Shown here piece after piece: positions 55,389 through 64,000 of a DNA stretch of 64,000 bases. The DNA lies in NCBI GenBank assembly GCA_963812605.1, contig CAWEWF010000014.1, forward strand, positions 768,001 to 832,000, in the 5' to 3' direction. This stretch comes from an uncultured Verrucomicrobiae bacterium (lineage in GTDB: Bacteria > Verrucomicrobiota > Verrucomicrobiia > Palsa-1439). The stretch's first letter is position 1. Each line of letters opens with the position of its first letter. The notes below the pieces were generated by a model. The model saw only the letters and a list, made by a program, of their open reading frames with translations, had not been told where the DNA came from and made no database searches. A program made the position numbers and the translations under genes.

Positions 55389-56617
55389 TGCATTTGTCTC
55401 CTGAATTCCTGGATGCGGCGGACGAGTTGTGCGAACTCTCGTCGTGTCAGCCGCCTCGTCTCCAACCGCTGTTCACAATCGCCGGCCAGTTCCTCCCAGG
55501 CGCGGCGCAATTCGGGGCGCGCCCCGAGCCGGGCGGCGATTTCTGCCGCCGTCGCTGCTGCGCCCAGTCCGTGTCGGTCGCTCAACTCCTGCCGCACATG
55601 TTGATACAAATACTCGAGCGTCTCCAACTGCGTGTCCGCGCGCCGGTACAAATCACCCAGGGCTACCGTGTATTCCATGACCGAGCGACGCGTCTCATGG
55701 ACGAGCGGCACCGCTTCCCCGAACCGTCGCGCCTGCGAATACAACACCAACGCCGCCACCAGCGCAAGCTGTAGCGCGGAGAATTTCACGACAGGTAACG
55801 TGAGGAAATCGCGCATGGCAAACTCGCTCGAATAGCCGTGATGGTACTCGTCAAACAAGATCGTGCCCCCTTCGGGCAGATCGCGCAACAAATCCAGCAG
55901 AAGCGCCAGGTTGTCGCTCGCCACCAGAAATTCGTTGTCGATGAGGGAAGCGCTGGAGAAAAAGACCACTTGTCCCCGGCCGTGCGGCGCCCACAGCGCA
56001 TGCGCTGCCCCGTCGCCACCCACCACCAGCGGTACCGCCGCGCCCTCGGTGACGCGGAAGCCGGGACTCTCTTCCAGGGTGACGGCGTGCACGCCTTCGG
56101 TGAGCTTGAGCGGTGTGATCCCGTGAACGGTTTCTGTTTTGCGACGCAAGGTCCAGAAGTCCGCGCTTCCCGCGGCCTCGAGCTCATTCGTCCCCAGTCG
56201 AATGTCCAAGGCCTCCAGCAATTTGGATGCGAACCGCCCCCCGTGCCGGTCGGGGTTCGCGTAATACAACAGGAGGTTCCCCCGCGCCAGCCAGCGCGCC
56301 AGGGCGTCGCTCTCCTCGCCTGTCGGGGGCGCGGGTCCCTGTCTGCTGAAAGATTCCTCGGAGGCAAAATCGGCATACACCAAAACACCGGTTCGCGACG
56401 CGAGCTTTGTCCATGGGTGCTGCCAGCGCTCCGCCCGCCATCCAAGTTTCTGCAGCGTCACAAAGATGGCCTTGGTGCCCGCCGGCGAGGGATTGAAACT
56501 GCTCGGCGCGAGGGAGAGCGCATAGCGCTCGCGGTTTCCCGCCACGGCGAGCGCGAGCGCGAAGGTAACCAGCAAGATGACGCCAAAGAGCAGCCAGTGC
56601 CGCGCCTGCGAACTCAT
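55385..56617 (-). CDS. DUF4350 domain membrane protein
   Basis: N-terminal TM, SS....P.GT.A, G.G.V.......N..L...DN, FDEYHHG, C-terminal TM followed by RFG. Confidence 0.8.
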   Translation of the reverse strand: MSSQARHWLLFGVILLVTFALALAVAGNRERYALSLAPSSFNPSPAGTKAIFVTLQKLGWRAERWQHPWTKLASRTGVLVYADFASEESFSRQGPAPPTGEESDALARWLARGNLLLYYANPDRHGGRFASKLLEALDIRLGTNELEAAGSADFWTLRRKTETVHGITPLKLTEGVHAVTLEESPGFRVTEGAAVPLVVGGDGAAHALWAPHGRGQVVFFSSASLIDNEFLVASDNLALLLDLLRDLPEGGTILFDEYHHGYSSEFAMRDFLTLPVVKFSALQLALVAALVLYSQARRFGEAVPLVHETRRSVMEYTVALGDLYRRADTQLETLEYLYQHVRQELSDRHGLGAAATAAEIAARLGARPELRRAWEELAGDCEQRLETRRLTRREFAQLVRRIQEFRRQMQ

Positions 56618-57630
56618 GCCTCATCCGCTCCCTGGATTTCACCACCGCCAACATCCTCCAGCAGTTTGCTCGTCATCGAGGCGAACTGTTGGACATACAT
56701 GGCATCGCAGGACTCAGCGCCGAAAACCGTGCGGTCATACATAAGATTTAGCGAGCGGAACGACGAGACCAGCGCTGCCGCTGGCGATTTTTGCCGAAAT
56801 TGCGAGAGATACTCCCAGTTCGTGCGCGTGCGGTCGTGAACCACCAGGCCCCGTCTCTCCAAGCCCGCCAGAAGCGCGAGATGAAAGTTCTTGAGCGCCT
56901 CGATCAGCTCCCCGCGCTGCAATAGCTCCTGCGCGCGCTGCCAATAAATGCCCGGAGACTCCAGTTGGGTGACCGCCTGGGTTGCGAGCGTGCTGACGAT
57001 TTTTTCGCGCGATTGCAACGCCCGCCAGATCAAGTAGCCCGCCAGGATAAACAGTGGCAACACAAGTATGCCCATCGCGATGTAGTAGGCAATCGTGGCG
57101 GCGCGCTGTCCCAAATTTGTCGAGAAGATGCGCTCCAGCCACTTTGACAAGGCTTCGAGCATGCGGATCCCATACCGCTGCCACCAACTCGGCGACGCGG
57201 TGCCATGGTATTCCGGGGCGGCCAGGATCTCCGTGAGCGCTTTCCGGGTTTCGTTGAGATTATGTTCGCGGAGCGCTCCGCGCTCGGGCTCAGTCTCCGT
57301 TTCAATGAGAAGTTGGCGGCAAAGAGCAACTAATCGCTGCCAATCCGCGTCCTTCGGACCATGTCCGTCGCGGCAGAGACGCTGCGTTTCATCACCGATC
57401 GCAACCGCCGCCGCATTCCAACCCGTCCGCCAGGATTGATTCAACAGCATCGACGCCGCGCTTTGCACGGCATTGGTATCGCCGCTTTCGAGCGAACGCA
57501 CGAGTTGTTCGATGGAAGCGCGAAATTCGACCCGCGGCGTAACCATCGGCTCCGCGTGCGCGGACGAGACAGCCTCCGCGAACGAAAGACAAGTGACGAT
57601 CAGGCAAGCGACGAGCGATTTCTTCATCAT
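56614..57630 (-). CDS. DUF4129 domain membrane protein
   Basis: Signal peptide, L..IL...EY, TM helix, RTNWEYL and YD...FG motifs. Confidence 0.8.
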   Translation of the reverse strand: MMKKSLVACLIVTCLSFAEAVSSAHAEPMVTPRVEFRASIEQLVRSLESGDTNAVQSAASMLLNQSWRTGWNAAAVAIGDETQRLCRDGHGPKDADWQRLVALCRQLLIETETEPERGALREHNLNETRKALTEILAAPEYHGTASPSWWQRYGIRMLEALSKWLERIFSTNLGQRAATIAYYIAMGILVLPLFILAGYLIWRALQSREKIVSTLATQAVTQLESPGIYWQRAQELLQRGELIEALKNFHLALLAGLERRGLVVHDRTRTNWEYLSQFRQKSPAAALVSSFRSLNLMYDRTVFGAESCDAMYVQQFASMTSKLLEDVGGGEIQGADEA

Positions 57631-58499
57631 GAATGCACCGGTGGGACCGGTTGGACGCCCATCGATGACGCCAACATTTGCAGGTCAAAGCCTTCTTTGC
57701 GGATCCGAATATCGTAGTAGAAGAGAATCATGGCGATCGTCCCAATGGGTGATACACCGGCTTGGACGATCATGGTCAGCGTGCCCTGCAACAAGTGCAT
57801 GGGGCCGAGCAGGCTTGGCGGGTGGCTGCGATCATGGGTCAAAACTTGGGCAATGCCGAAAGGAAGGCTGACAATGCCACCGGCCGCTGCGGCGAGCATG
57901 AAGACGATGATTAGAATCACGCTGGCCTTCATGATGTTGTTGCGGAAGAAACCTTTGTCCGATTTCTTGCGCATCAGCTCGCTGCTCCGCCGCATCGCCT
58001 CCGTCGGGCCGAGACCTTCGATGACCACAACCTGGCCGACCAAGAGGTACGAAAGAAGAAAGTAAACGCCCGGCGCGATACAAGCCACCATCCCCAGGAC
58101 GACGATGAGCGAGGTCAAGAGCGTCGCGCCCAGTAACTTGCCCAGGCGCGGCCGCACGCGGCGCAGGGATTCGGCGATCCCGATCGGTTCGCCCAGATAG
58201 ATCGACGAGACGGCCGTGGTCAATGTCCCGATCCCAACCTGCGCCGCGAGAAACGTCACCATCGTTGACAAGAACAGGGCGACGAAAAAAATCAGTCCCG
58301 GTAGATGCGGCGCCATTCCCGGTGACGGCTGCAGAGGCACGAGCGATGCCTGCCAGGTCAGCGCCCCGAGAAAGCTGATGGCCTGCACCGCCAACATGAT
58401 CAGGAAGAACGTCATGAAATGCGCCCGATAGAGACGGAACGTCCGGTCCAGGATTTCGCCGAGATCCATCGGTCGCAAGTCCAGTCGCACTGCGGTCAT
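57627..58499 (-). CDS. Multi-pass membrane protein of the MoxR cluster
   Basis: LRPM.LGEILD.TF.LYR, several TM helices, A.RRS..L and YYD.RIRKEG.DL motifs. Confidence 0.8.
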   Translation of the reverse strand: MTAVRLDLRPMDLGEILDRTFRLYRAHFMTFFLIMLAVQAISFLGALTWQASLVPLQPSPGMAPHLPGLIFFVALFLSTMVTFLAAQVGIGTLTTAVSSIYLGEPIGIAESLRRVRPRLGKLLGATLLTSLIVVLGMVACIAPGVYFLLSYLLVGQVVVIEGLGPTEAMRRSSELMRKKSDKGFFRNNIMKASVILIIVFMLAAAAGGIVSLPFGIAQVLTHDRSHPPSLLGPMHLLQGTLTMIVQAGVSPIGTIAMILFYYDIRIRKEGFDLQMLASSMGVQPVPPVHS

Positions 58500-58619
58500 T
58501 ACCAGCCTCCGTATCCTTGTGGGGTTGATAACGGTTGCGCCGCCATCCGGCGCCACCGTCGCGATGGGCAGTGTTGTAGCGGGTCGCACGCGCGAGCGCA
58601 ATCCGCAATTCCACAGCGA

Positions 58620-59051
58620 CTAGGAGACCGGACCAAGGTCGAGGTGCTGCGGGGGATTCGGCGGAAGTTTCCAGACGATCTCGCCGTGGTCGGTCGCGGC
58701 GTGCATCTGGTTGGCGAGTTCAATGCCCGCATTATAGGTCTTTTCGAAGGCGACAAAATCCCTCGCCGCAACGTGTTGATCGAGCGGGTCAAGAATCTTC
58801 TGCGTGTAGGTTTCGACCATGCCCTTGTACTTCGGGCGGGTCAGGTTGCCCTTCTTGAACAGGCTGCGGACACCGCGCAATTGATAGGCTGCCAACTCCC
58901 AATTCCCGCCTTTCGCCGCGTAGTAGGCAATCCAATAGCGGTCGCTCACGTCGCGCATCAACGTGCCAAGTCCCGGCTGCAGTTCCGCGATCTGGTCCAG
59001 GGTCAGCTCGCCGTGTTTGGTCCGCCCCACAATCGGTTTCTCATCCGCCAT
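58620..59051 (-). CDS. Hypothetical helical protein (cytochrome c'-like four-helix pattern without CxxCH)
   Basis: MADEKPIVGRTKHG...PGLG.LM...NWELAAYQL...ANQMH; separated from the upstream gene by a terminator. Confidence 0.7.
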   Translation of the reverse strand: MADEKPIVGRTKHGELTLDQIAELQPGLGTLMRDVSDRYWIAYYAAKGGNWELAAYQLRGVRSLFKKGNLTRPKYKGMVETYTQKILDPLDQHVAARDFVAFEKTYNAGIELANQMHAATDHGEIVWKLPPNPPQHLDLGPVS

Positions 59052-59090
59052 ATGCACTTGTGTAGTCGGCGTCCCCTGACAAATCAACCC

Positions 59091-59123
59091 AAAACAAAAC
59101 CCCGACACACGCGTGCCGGGGTT
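59091..59123 (-). terminator. Intrinsic terminator
   Basis: CCCCGGCAC-GCGT-GTGTCGGGG followed by TTTTGTTTT on the - strand. Confidence 0.75.
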
Positions 59124-59149
59124 CGTCGAGTTGGAAAGAGCAAGTTCTA

Positions 59150-59510
59150 CGTTGGCTTTACCGGTCTTTCCGCCGTTGGAATTCATCAGCGGACAAGTGC
59201 CCGCTTTCGGCCCTTGCCGCTGTGCGCGTCCCACTGTGTCAACTGGTCGGGCGTCAGAGATTTTCTCCAGCCCCGTGTTGAACATCGCGTGAATTCCGAG
59301 GTCGAAGTTGCCTTGAGACAATCTTGCTTCAAGAACGTCAATTTTCGCTTTCTGGTCGTCCGTCAGGTTCAGCTTGCTGAACATGTCGCCGCAAGACGCT
59401 GCCTTCGCGCTACCCTTCGCCATCCCTCCGCAACAACCTTCACCCGCAAACACCGATGCCGACCCGAGCGCGACGACTGCCGCTACCGTAAATGCTAAAA
59501 ACTTTCTCAC
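59150..59510 (-). CDS. Small exported Cys-rich LTxxQ-motif (Spy/CpxP-like) protein; multiple apparent indels, 3' end approximate
   Basis: AGGAG SD before GTG; signal peptide; GCCGG..SC; LNLTDDQK; a second motif LTPDQL in a shifted frame. Confidence 0.55.
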
Positions 59511-59649
59511 GTGTTCTCCTTTTGTGTTGGTTCGTCAGCTTGGACACAATATTACCATAAGATTGTTCGATCTTCCCCTCGCGCCGACAAGCCCGCATCC
59601 CCAGCCCGTTCGTTGGCGAGAGATTTTTGGACTTCGTACTCTTGCCCGG

Positions 59650-59907
59650 TTAGGGGAACCGCTTGTTGTATTCCTCGTGCGCGCCGATCCACTCCCAGAG
59701 GAACACGTCTCCGACGAAATGTCCTACCGCGCGGTAATGATCGCCCACTCGCACCGACCAGAGTGGGGAGCGAATCGGCTTAAATTTCAGGGAAGGATGA
59801 AGCGGGTTTTGCTTCCAGAGGACGAATTTCTTCCGGGCGAGTCGTTGAACGGGGGCAGGCAACTGCTCGTAACACGCCCAAAAGTTCCGCGTGGCGTGGG
59901 AAGTCAC
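59650..59907 (-). CDS. RelE/ParE-like toxin
   Basis: FW.CY..LP..VQ.LA.KKF.L...NP.HPSL.FK...WSVRVG.HYRA...W.WIG.H.EY pattern. Confidence 0.85.
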   Translation of the reverse strand: MTSHATRNFWACYEQLPAPVQRLARKKFVLWKQNPLHPSLKFKPIRSPLWSVRVGDHYRAVGHFVGDVFLWEWIGAHEEYNKRFP

Positions 59908-60104
59908 GGGAACTCGGTCGTACGGCCTTTCCGGTACTCAACCTCGGATTCCTTGACGAGCTTGTCGAACTTGCCGGCCGCCGCGTCGCGTTTCATCTGC
60001 AAGTCCCATTCGTCATCGGCGGAGTGGTTCAACCACTGCATCAGTTCCAAGCGTTCTTCGAGGGACAGATGCTCAATCGCCTTCTTGATTTCGTTCACGC
60101 TCAC
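59904..60104 (-). CDS. Putative antitoxin
   Basis: SV.EI..AI..L..EE...L..W....WD.Q...D..AGK.D.L pattern; GTGA overlap with the toxin. Confidence 0.8.
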   Translation of the reverse strand: MSVNEIKKAIEHLSLEERLELMQWLNHSADDEWDLQMKRDAAAGKFDKLVKESEVEYRKGRTTEFP

Positions 60105-60301
60105 AGCCGTAGTTCCCCGTCGGAAGCGTAATCAGCCAGTAGCGCCTTCGCAGCCCGCTCCAGTTCCTGCGCCTCATTCATGCCCACCTTGAAGTCATTC
60201 GGAATCCAAGAGTCGTCTTGTTCAACGATGAATTTCGCCACTACGGCCCGCTCTCCGGGCGGCAAGGCTTTGATCTGCTCAATAATTTCTTTCCCGCTCA
60301 T
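60101..60301 (-). CDS. Small antitoxin-like protein, possibly chimeric
   Basis: 66 aa, MSGKEIIEQIKALPPGER...; GTGA overlap with the downstream antitoxin. Confidence 0.55.
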   Translation of the reverse strand: MSGKEIIEQIKALPPGERAVVAKFIVEQDDSWIPNDFKVGMNEAQELERAAKALLADYASDGELRL

Positions 60302-60439
60302 GGCTTGGTTTGGCTCTATACATACTGCACTTTCGCCCGACACTCAAGCCCGAAGCGGCCCGCCCAACCCAACGGCTGCATGTGAAAGGATCAAGTCGCA
60401 GCGCCTCTCTGGCGGTACGCATTTCGAGGGCGGCGAGAA

Positions 60440-60462
60440 CAACGCGAATAGGATTCGCGTTG
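60440..60462 (-). terminator. Hairpin downstream of the repeat protein gene
   Basis: Perfect 10-bp stem CAACGCGAAT/ATTCGCGTTG with a weak U tract. Confidence 0.5.
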
Positions 60463-60503
60463 CTACGATTTCAACGCCAGTGGTATATGCGAATGCGAAA
60501 GCG

Positions 60504-62642
60504 CTACGGAACCGGCTCGAGGGTCACGAAGCCGCTTTCATTCGTTCCCAGGAAAAGTCCGCCGCCGAAACGATTGGTCTGCAAGAGTTCCCCGTTGAAG
60601 AAAATCGGCATCTTGTTGATGGCCGTGTTCACGAAGCTGCCGCTGAACAGCCCGGTCGTCGGCGCCACAAATAAGGACAACTTGTCGCTACCGGGCGTCA
60701 GCACCGTGACATTGCCAAAAGCATCCACGACCACGGTGTTGACGATGTTGCTGACGAGGTTGCCGCCGCCCAGCGTCACCACGTTGGTTCCCGCGACCGA
60801 CGGGTTGCCATTGTTCGGTTTGGTGTACACGGCGCCCGTCAATTCCACCAGCGTCGTAAACCCACCAGAATAGAAATGAGTCGTTGGGAGCGGCGGTTTC
60901 AGCCAGTCGAGCGCGGCGTCGACGAAGTTGGTGCCGGTAAAGACGAGCCGCCCGAGTGAAATGCCTTTATTCTGATACAGCACCTGATAGAATGGCCATG
61001 TATTAATCAACGATACGGGGGCAAGGGCGGAAATCGGCGTTCCATCACCCAGTACCCCCTTCAGGCGCCCCCTCCCGAGTTTCGAAACGGTCAATGTCCC
61101 GTAGCCGTATCCCTGGGGAAAATTCGGGTCCGCTGGATTCGCGGGCGGCACTACAAACGTGAATCGACCCGCCACGGGGCAATGAAATGACTTGGTGAAG
61201 CCGCCCAGGTCAGCGAGCACCTGCGAGGTGAACACGCCGTCCGACACCGTGCCGATGATCTGGTTCGTCCCACCGGTCTGCGTCAACTGCAACATGACCT
61301 GGAGTGGGCTCAGGTTGCCGCGCGCAACGGTGTTCGTCGCAAATCCTCCGACATCGAACTGGCCCTGAAACATCGAGCGTGCGGTGCCCATGGTCAGCTT
61401 GGCGGTGAATGTTCCGGGGGCATTCAGGGCGAGGCTGAGGGAACCCGAACTCGCGACGGAAAGCGCGTTGGTCTGAAGCACCAGGCCGCTGTAAGTCCCG
61501 GCAGGGAAGATATTGAACTTTAAAACGGTGCCGTGAAGTCCCGAACCCCCGAAACCGGTCGTCCCGTAGAAATTGCTGTCGCTGCCCTGGATGAGCCCGG
61601 CGTACGGGAAACCGCCCTGGGTGCCACCGCTGAAGTTATACAGTGGCGAGAACACACTGTTGGAGGTGACCTGGTACACGGTCCCAAAACGAAATCCTCC
61701 GCCGAGGGTCATCCCATAGAAGAAACCGTCGAGACCCTGGACCAGCACGCCCCGCGAATCCTTCCCTTCGCCGCCGGAAAAATTATGCAGGGTGGTTAAC
61801 GTGCCCGCCGAAGTGATCTTGAAGACCGTGCCATCACCCTGTTTCCCGCCCGAGGTTGTCCCGTAGAAAAGGCCGTCGCTGCCCTGGATCATCTGTGCGT
61901 CCGGGAAATCACCATTCGTGTTGCCGTTAAACTGGAACAAGGTGGTCAACGTGCCGGCCGGGGTGATCTGGAACACCGTGCCGGCCTTGCTGTCCTTGTT
62001 GGTACCTCCGAAATAAGTTGTGCCGTAAAAATTGCTGTCGCTGCCTTGTACCAAGCCCGCCGTCGGGCTGGCGCCGTTGGTGGCGTTGAAGCTAAAAAGT
62101 GTCGTAAAAGTGCCCGCAGAACTGACGGTAAATACGCTGCCAGTGCCATTCACCCCGCCCGCAACGGTGGTTCCGTAGAAAAGACCGTCATTGCCCTGGG
62201 CAAGCTGGATCGCCGGAAAAGCGCCGTCGATGCCGCCGGTAAAAGTATAGACCGTCGTAAACGCGCCGTTGGAACTGACCTGATAAATTGTGCCGAAGCC
62301 GGCCCCGCCGCCGAAGGTCGTTCCGTAAAACAATCCGTCGCTGCCCTGAATCACGCCTGCGCGCGGGTCCGAGCCGTCAGCCCCGCCCGTAAAGTCATAG
62401 ATGGTGGTCAACGTGCCGGCCGTGGTGATTTTGAAGACGGTGCCGGTGCCGTGCGTCCCGCCTTCCGCTGTTGTCCCATAAAAAAGGCCGTCGTTGGCCT
62501 GTACCAACTCCGATTGCGGCAGGCCGCCGTCCGAGCCGGCAAATCTATAGACAATCGTGGGGTTGAGCTTGGTCACCACGGCGCATTTGCCCGCCGTGGC
62601 CAGCAGGACAAGGGCTGCTAAAATACAGAAACTTTTCAACAC
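60504..62642 (-). CDS. Secreted tandem-repeat beta-propeller protein (GloVer / TIGR03803-like repeats) with a C-terminal beta-rich domain
   Basis: Signal peptide followed by 7 copies of G..P...L.QG.DG.FYGTT..GG...GT.F. Confidence 0.85.
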   Translation of the reverse strand: MLKSFCILAALVLLATAGKCAVVTKLNPTIVYRFAGSDGGLPQSELVQANDGLFYGTTAEGGTHGTGTVFKITTAGTLTTIYDFTGGADGSDPRAGVIQGSDGLFYGTTFGGGAGFGTIYQVSSNGAFTTVYTFTGGIDGAFPAIQLAQGNDGLFYGTTVAGGVNGTGSVFTVSSAGTFTTLFSFNATNGASPTAGLVQGSDSNFYGTTYFGGTNKDSKAGTVFQITPAGTLTTLFQFNGNTNGDFPDAQMIQGSDGLFYGTTSGGKQGDGTVFKITSAGTLTTLHNFSGGEGKDSRGVLVQGLDGFFYGMTLGGGFRFGTVYQVTSNSVFSPLYNFSGGTQGGFPYAGLIQGSDSNFYGTTGFGGSGLHGTVLKFNIFPAGTYSGLVLQTNALSVASSGSLSLALNAPGTFTAKLTMGTARSMFQGQFDVGGFATNTVARGNLSPLQVMLQLTQTGGTNQIIGTVSDGVFTSQVLADLGGFTKSFHCPVAGRFTFVVPPANPADPNFPQGYGYGTLTVSKLGRGRLKGVLGDGTPISALAPVSLINTWPFYQVLYQNKGISLGRLVFTGTNFVDAALDWLKPPLPTTHFYSGGFTTLVELTGAVYTKPNNGNPSVAGTNVVTLGGGNLVSNIVNTVVVDAFGNVTVLTPGSDKLSLFVAPTTGLFSGSFVNTAINKMPIFFNGELLQTNRFGGGLFLGTNESGFVTLEPVP

Positions 62643-62940
62643 GACACGTTTTCCTCTCAGTTTTCTTTGGCGCGGACGGTTCCCCCGACAGGCTGGCCAC
62701 CACCAAGCACAACTTCATAGCGGAACGACCTGTCCACGTCAATACAGGGAATTCGTCATCGCCGCCAAATGGGCAAAGACGCAGTATTTGTGCTTCGTTT
62801 CGGCGTTGACCACGTGCGCATTTGTTTCGTCGCAGTTTGTGTGGAATAGTTTTGACGTGCTGTGAGTGGGCGCGCTATTGAAGTGCAGGGATGGCGCGCT
62901 TCAGGGACCAAGGAGTTGGACCGGTGGAGTGGTGGCGACG

Positions 62941-63591
62941 ATGGCGCAGATATTTCATCCGAGCACGAATACGCTCTCGAAGGTCAGCCTGTTTGGGGCG
63001 CTCTTCTTCTTGGCTGGCCTGGCCTGGGTCGGTGGTGAACTGTACCGCTCGCCGTACGTAACGCGGGCGGGCACGCCGGTGGAGCAACCAGTGCCCTTCA
63101 GCCATAAACATCATGTTCGCGACGACGGCATTGATTGTCGCTACTGTCATACTTCCGTCGAGAAGTCCGCGTTCGCCGGCATTCCGCCAACCAAGACCTG
63201 CATGACTTGTCACTCCATGATCTGGCCCGATGCCCCCATGCTGGAACCCGTTCGCAACAGCTTCCAGACGGACCAATCGATCCAGTGGACGCGCGTCGAT
63301 TATCTGCCGCAGTTTGTATACTTCAACCATAGCATCCACATTCACAAGGGCGTCGGGTGCACCACCTGTCATGGACCGGTCGGCGACATGCCGCTCACGT
63401 GGCAAAGCGCGACGCTGCAAATGCGTTGGTGTGTGGACTGCCACCGGCAACCCGAACAGTATCTGCGTCCCCGCGAAGCAGTGTTCAGCGTCGATTGGAA
63501 ACCGCCTTTCGACCAACTCGCGCAAGGACGAAAACTTATGAACGAGTACGACGTCAAGTCGCTTATCGATTGCTACACGTGCCACCGATGA
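62941..63591 (+). CDS. actA: Pentaheme cytochrome c, alternative complex III subunit A
   Basis: TM anchor, QPVPFSHKHH and five CxxCH motifs (CRYCH, CMTCH, CTTCH, CVDCH, CYTCH). Confidence 0.93.
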   Translation: MAQIFHPSTNTLSKVSLFGALFFLAGLAWVGGELYRSPYVTRAGTPVEQPVPFSHKHHVRDDGIDCRYCHTSVEKSAFAGIPPTKTCMTCHSMIWPDAPMLEPVRNSFQTDQSIQWTRVDYLPQFVYFNHSIHIHKGVGCTTCHGPVGDMPLTWQSATLQMRWCVDCHRQPEQYLRPREAVFSVDWKPPFDQLAQGRKLMNEYDVKSLIDCYTCHR

Positions 63592-64000
63592 AATCAGAAC
63601 CACTCAATTTGTCGACGATTCGCGCGCGCCTGGCTGCGACCCGTGGCAAACAGTATTGGCGGAGCCTGGAGGAAATCGCTGACACGAAGGAGTTTCAGCA
63701 GTTTGTGCAACGCGAGTTTCCCGCCCAGGCTTCGGAGTGGTACGACGAACTCAGCCGCCGTCAATTCCTGAAGATCATGGGCGCCTCTCTCGCGCTGGCG
63801 GGCCTCAACGCCTGCATGAAAATGCCGGAGGAAAAGATTGTCCCCTATGTCCGCCAACCGGAGGAGATCATTCCGGGTAACCCGCTTTTCTTTGCCACGG
63901 CCGTCACGCTGGGGGGCTACGCCAGCGGCTTGTTGGTGGAAAGCCACGAGGGCCGACCGACAAAGATCGAGGGCAATCCGCTTCATCCCGCCAGTCTCGG
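63588..64000 (+). CDS. actB: Alternative complex III subunit B (molybdopterin-oxidoreductase-like, Tat), truncated by window edge
   Basis: Manual translation YWRSLEE...EFP...SRRQFLKIMGASLALAGLNAC...PYV..PE...EGRPTKIEGNP.HP.S. Confidence 0.92.
   Translation, partial: MKSEPLNLSTIRARLAATRGKQYWRSLEEIADTKEFQQFVQREFPAQASEWYDELSRRQFLKIMGASLALAGLNACMKMPEEKIVPYVRQPEEIIPGNPLFFATAVTLGGYASGLLVESHEGRPTKIEGNPLHPASL

Noticed and set aside
58620-59510. 296-aa fusion ORF in the supplied track
   Set aside because: It reads through an intrinsic terminator (59091-59123) and several apparent indels; two separate genes are more plausible
61530-62540. Periodic DNA repeats suggestive of a CRISPR-like array
   Set aside because: They are degenerate in-frame protein repeats, not identical repeats with unique spacers; no cas genes in the window

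Overview
A GC-rich bacterial chromosome window, most likely Verrucomicrobiota (PVC superphylum). This is inferred from the missing rpmD, the non-canonical EF-Tu switch I, N-terminal extensions on S11 and EF-G, a GloVer-type repeat protein and a TIGR04073-like gene. Left to right: a partial SDR gene, two exported proteins, xseA-xseB-dxs-tlyA-nadK-PTS EIIA, trxB, an ANTAR regulator with a GAF-PAS-GAF-GAF kinase, and a dimeric dUTPase. Next is a contiguous ~32 kb minus-strand translation/transcription supercluster from tRNA-Thr and tuf through rpoBC, str, S10, spc and alpha to rplQ. After that come divergent glgC/glmS, an accessory region around tRNA-Leu with two type II TA modules, an RDD/SpoIIM/DUF58/MoxR/DUF4350/DUF4129 cluster, a beta-propeller surface protein and the start of alternative complex III (actAB). 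At least 8 genes, including essential rpoC, secY, adk and rplF, carry small frameshifts that look like sequencing or assembly errors. The most notable unexplained items are a two-state structured leader upstream of glmS, a structured promoter-driven non-coding RNA candidate converging on tRNA-Leu, a rod-like RNA ahead of tRNA-Thr/tuf, a non-ribosomal exported gene inside the S10 operon, and a higBA module flanked by a 61-bp direct repeat. All family assignments come from motif recognition by eye, not from database searches.
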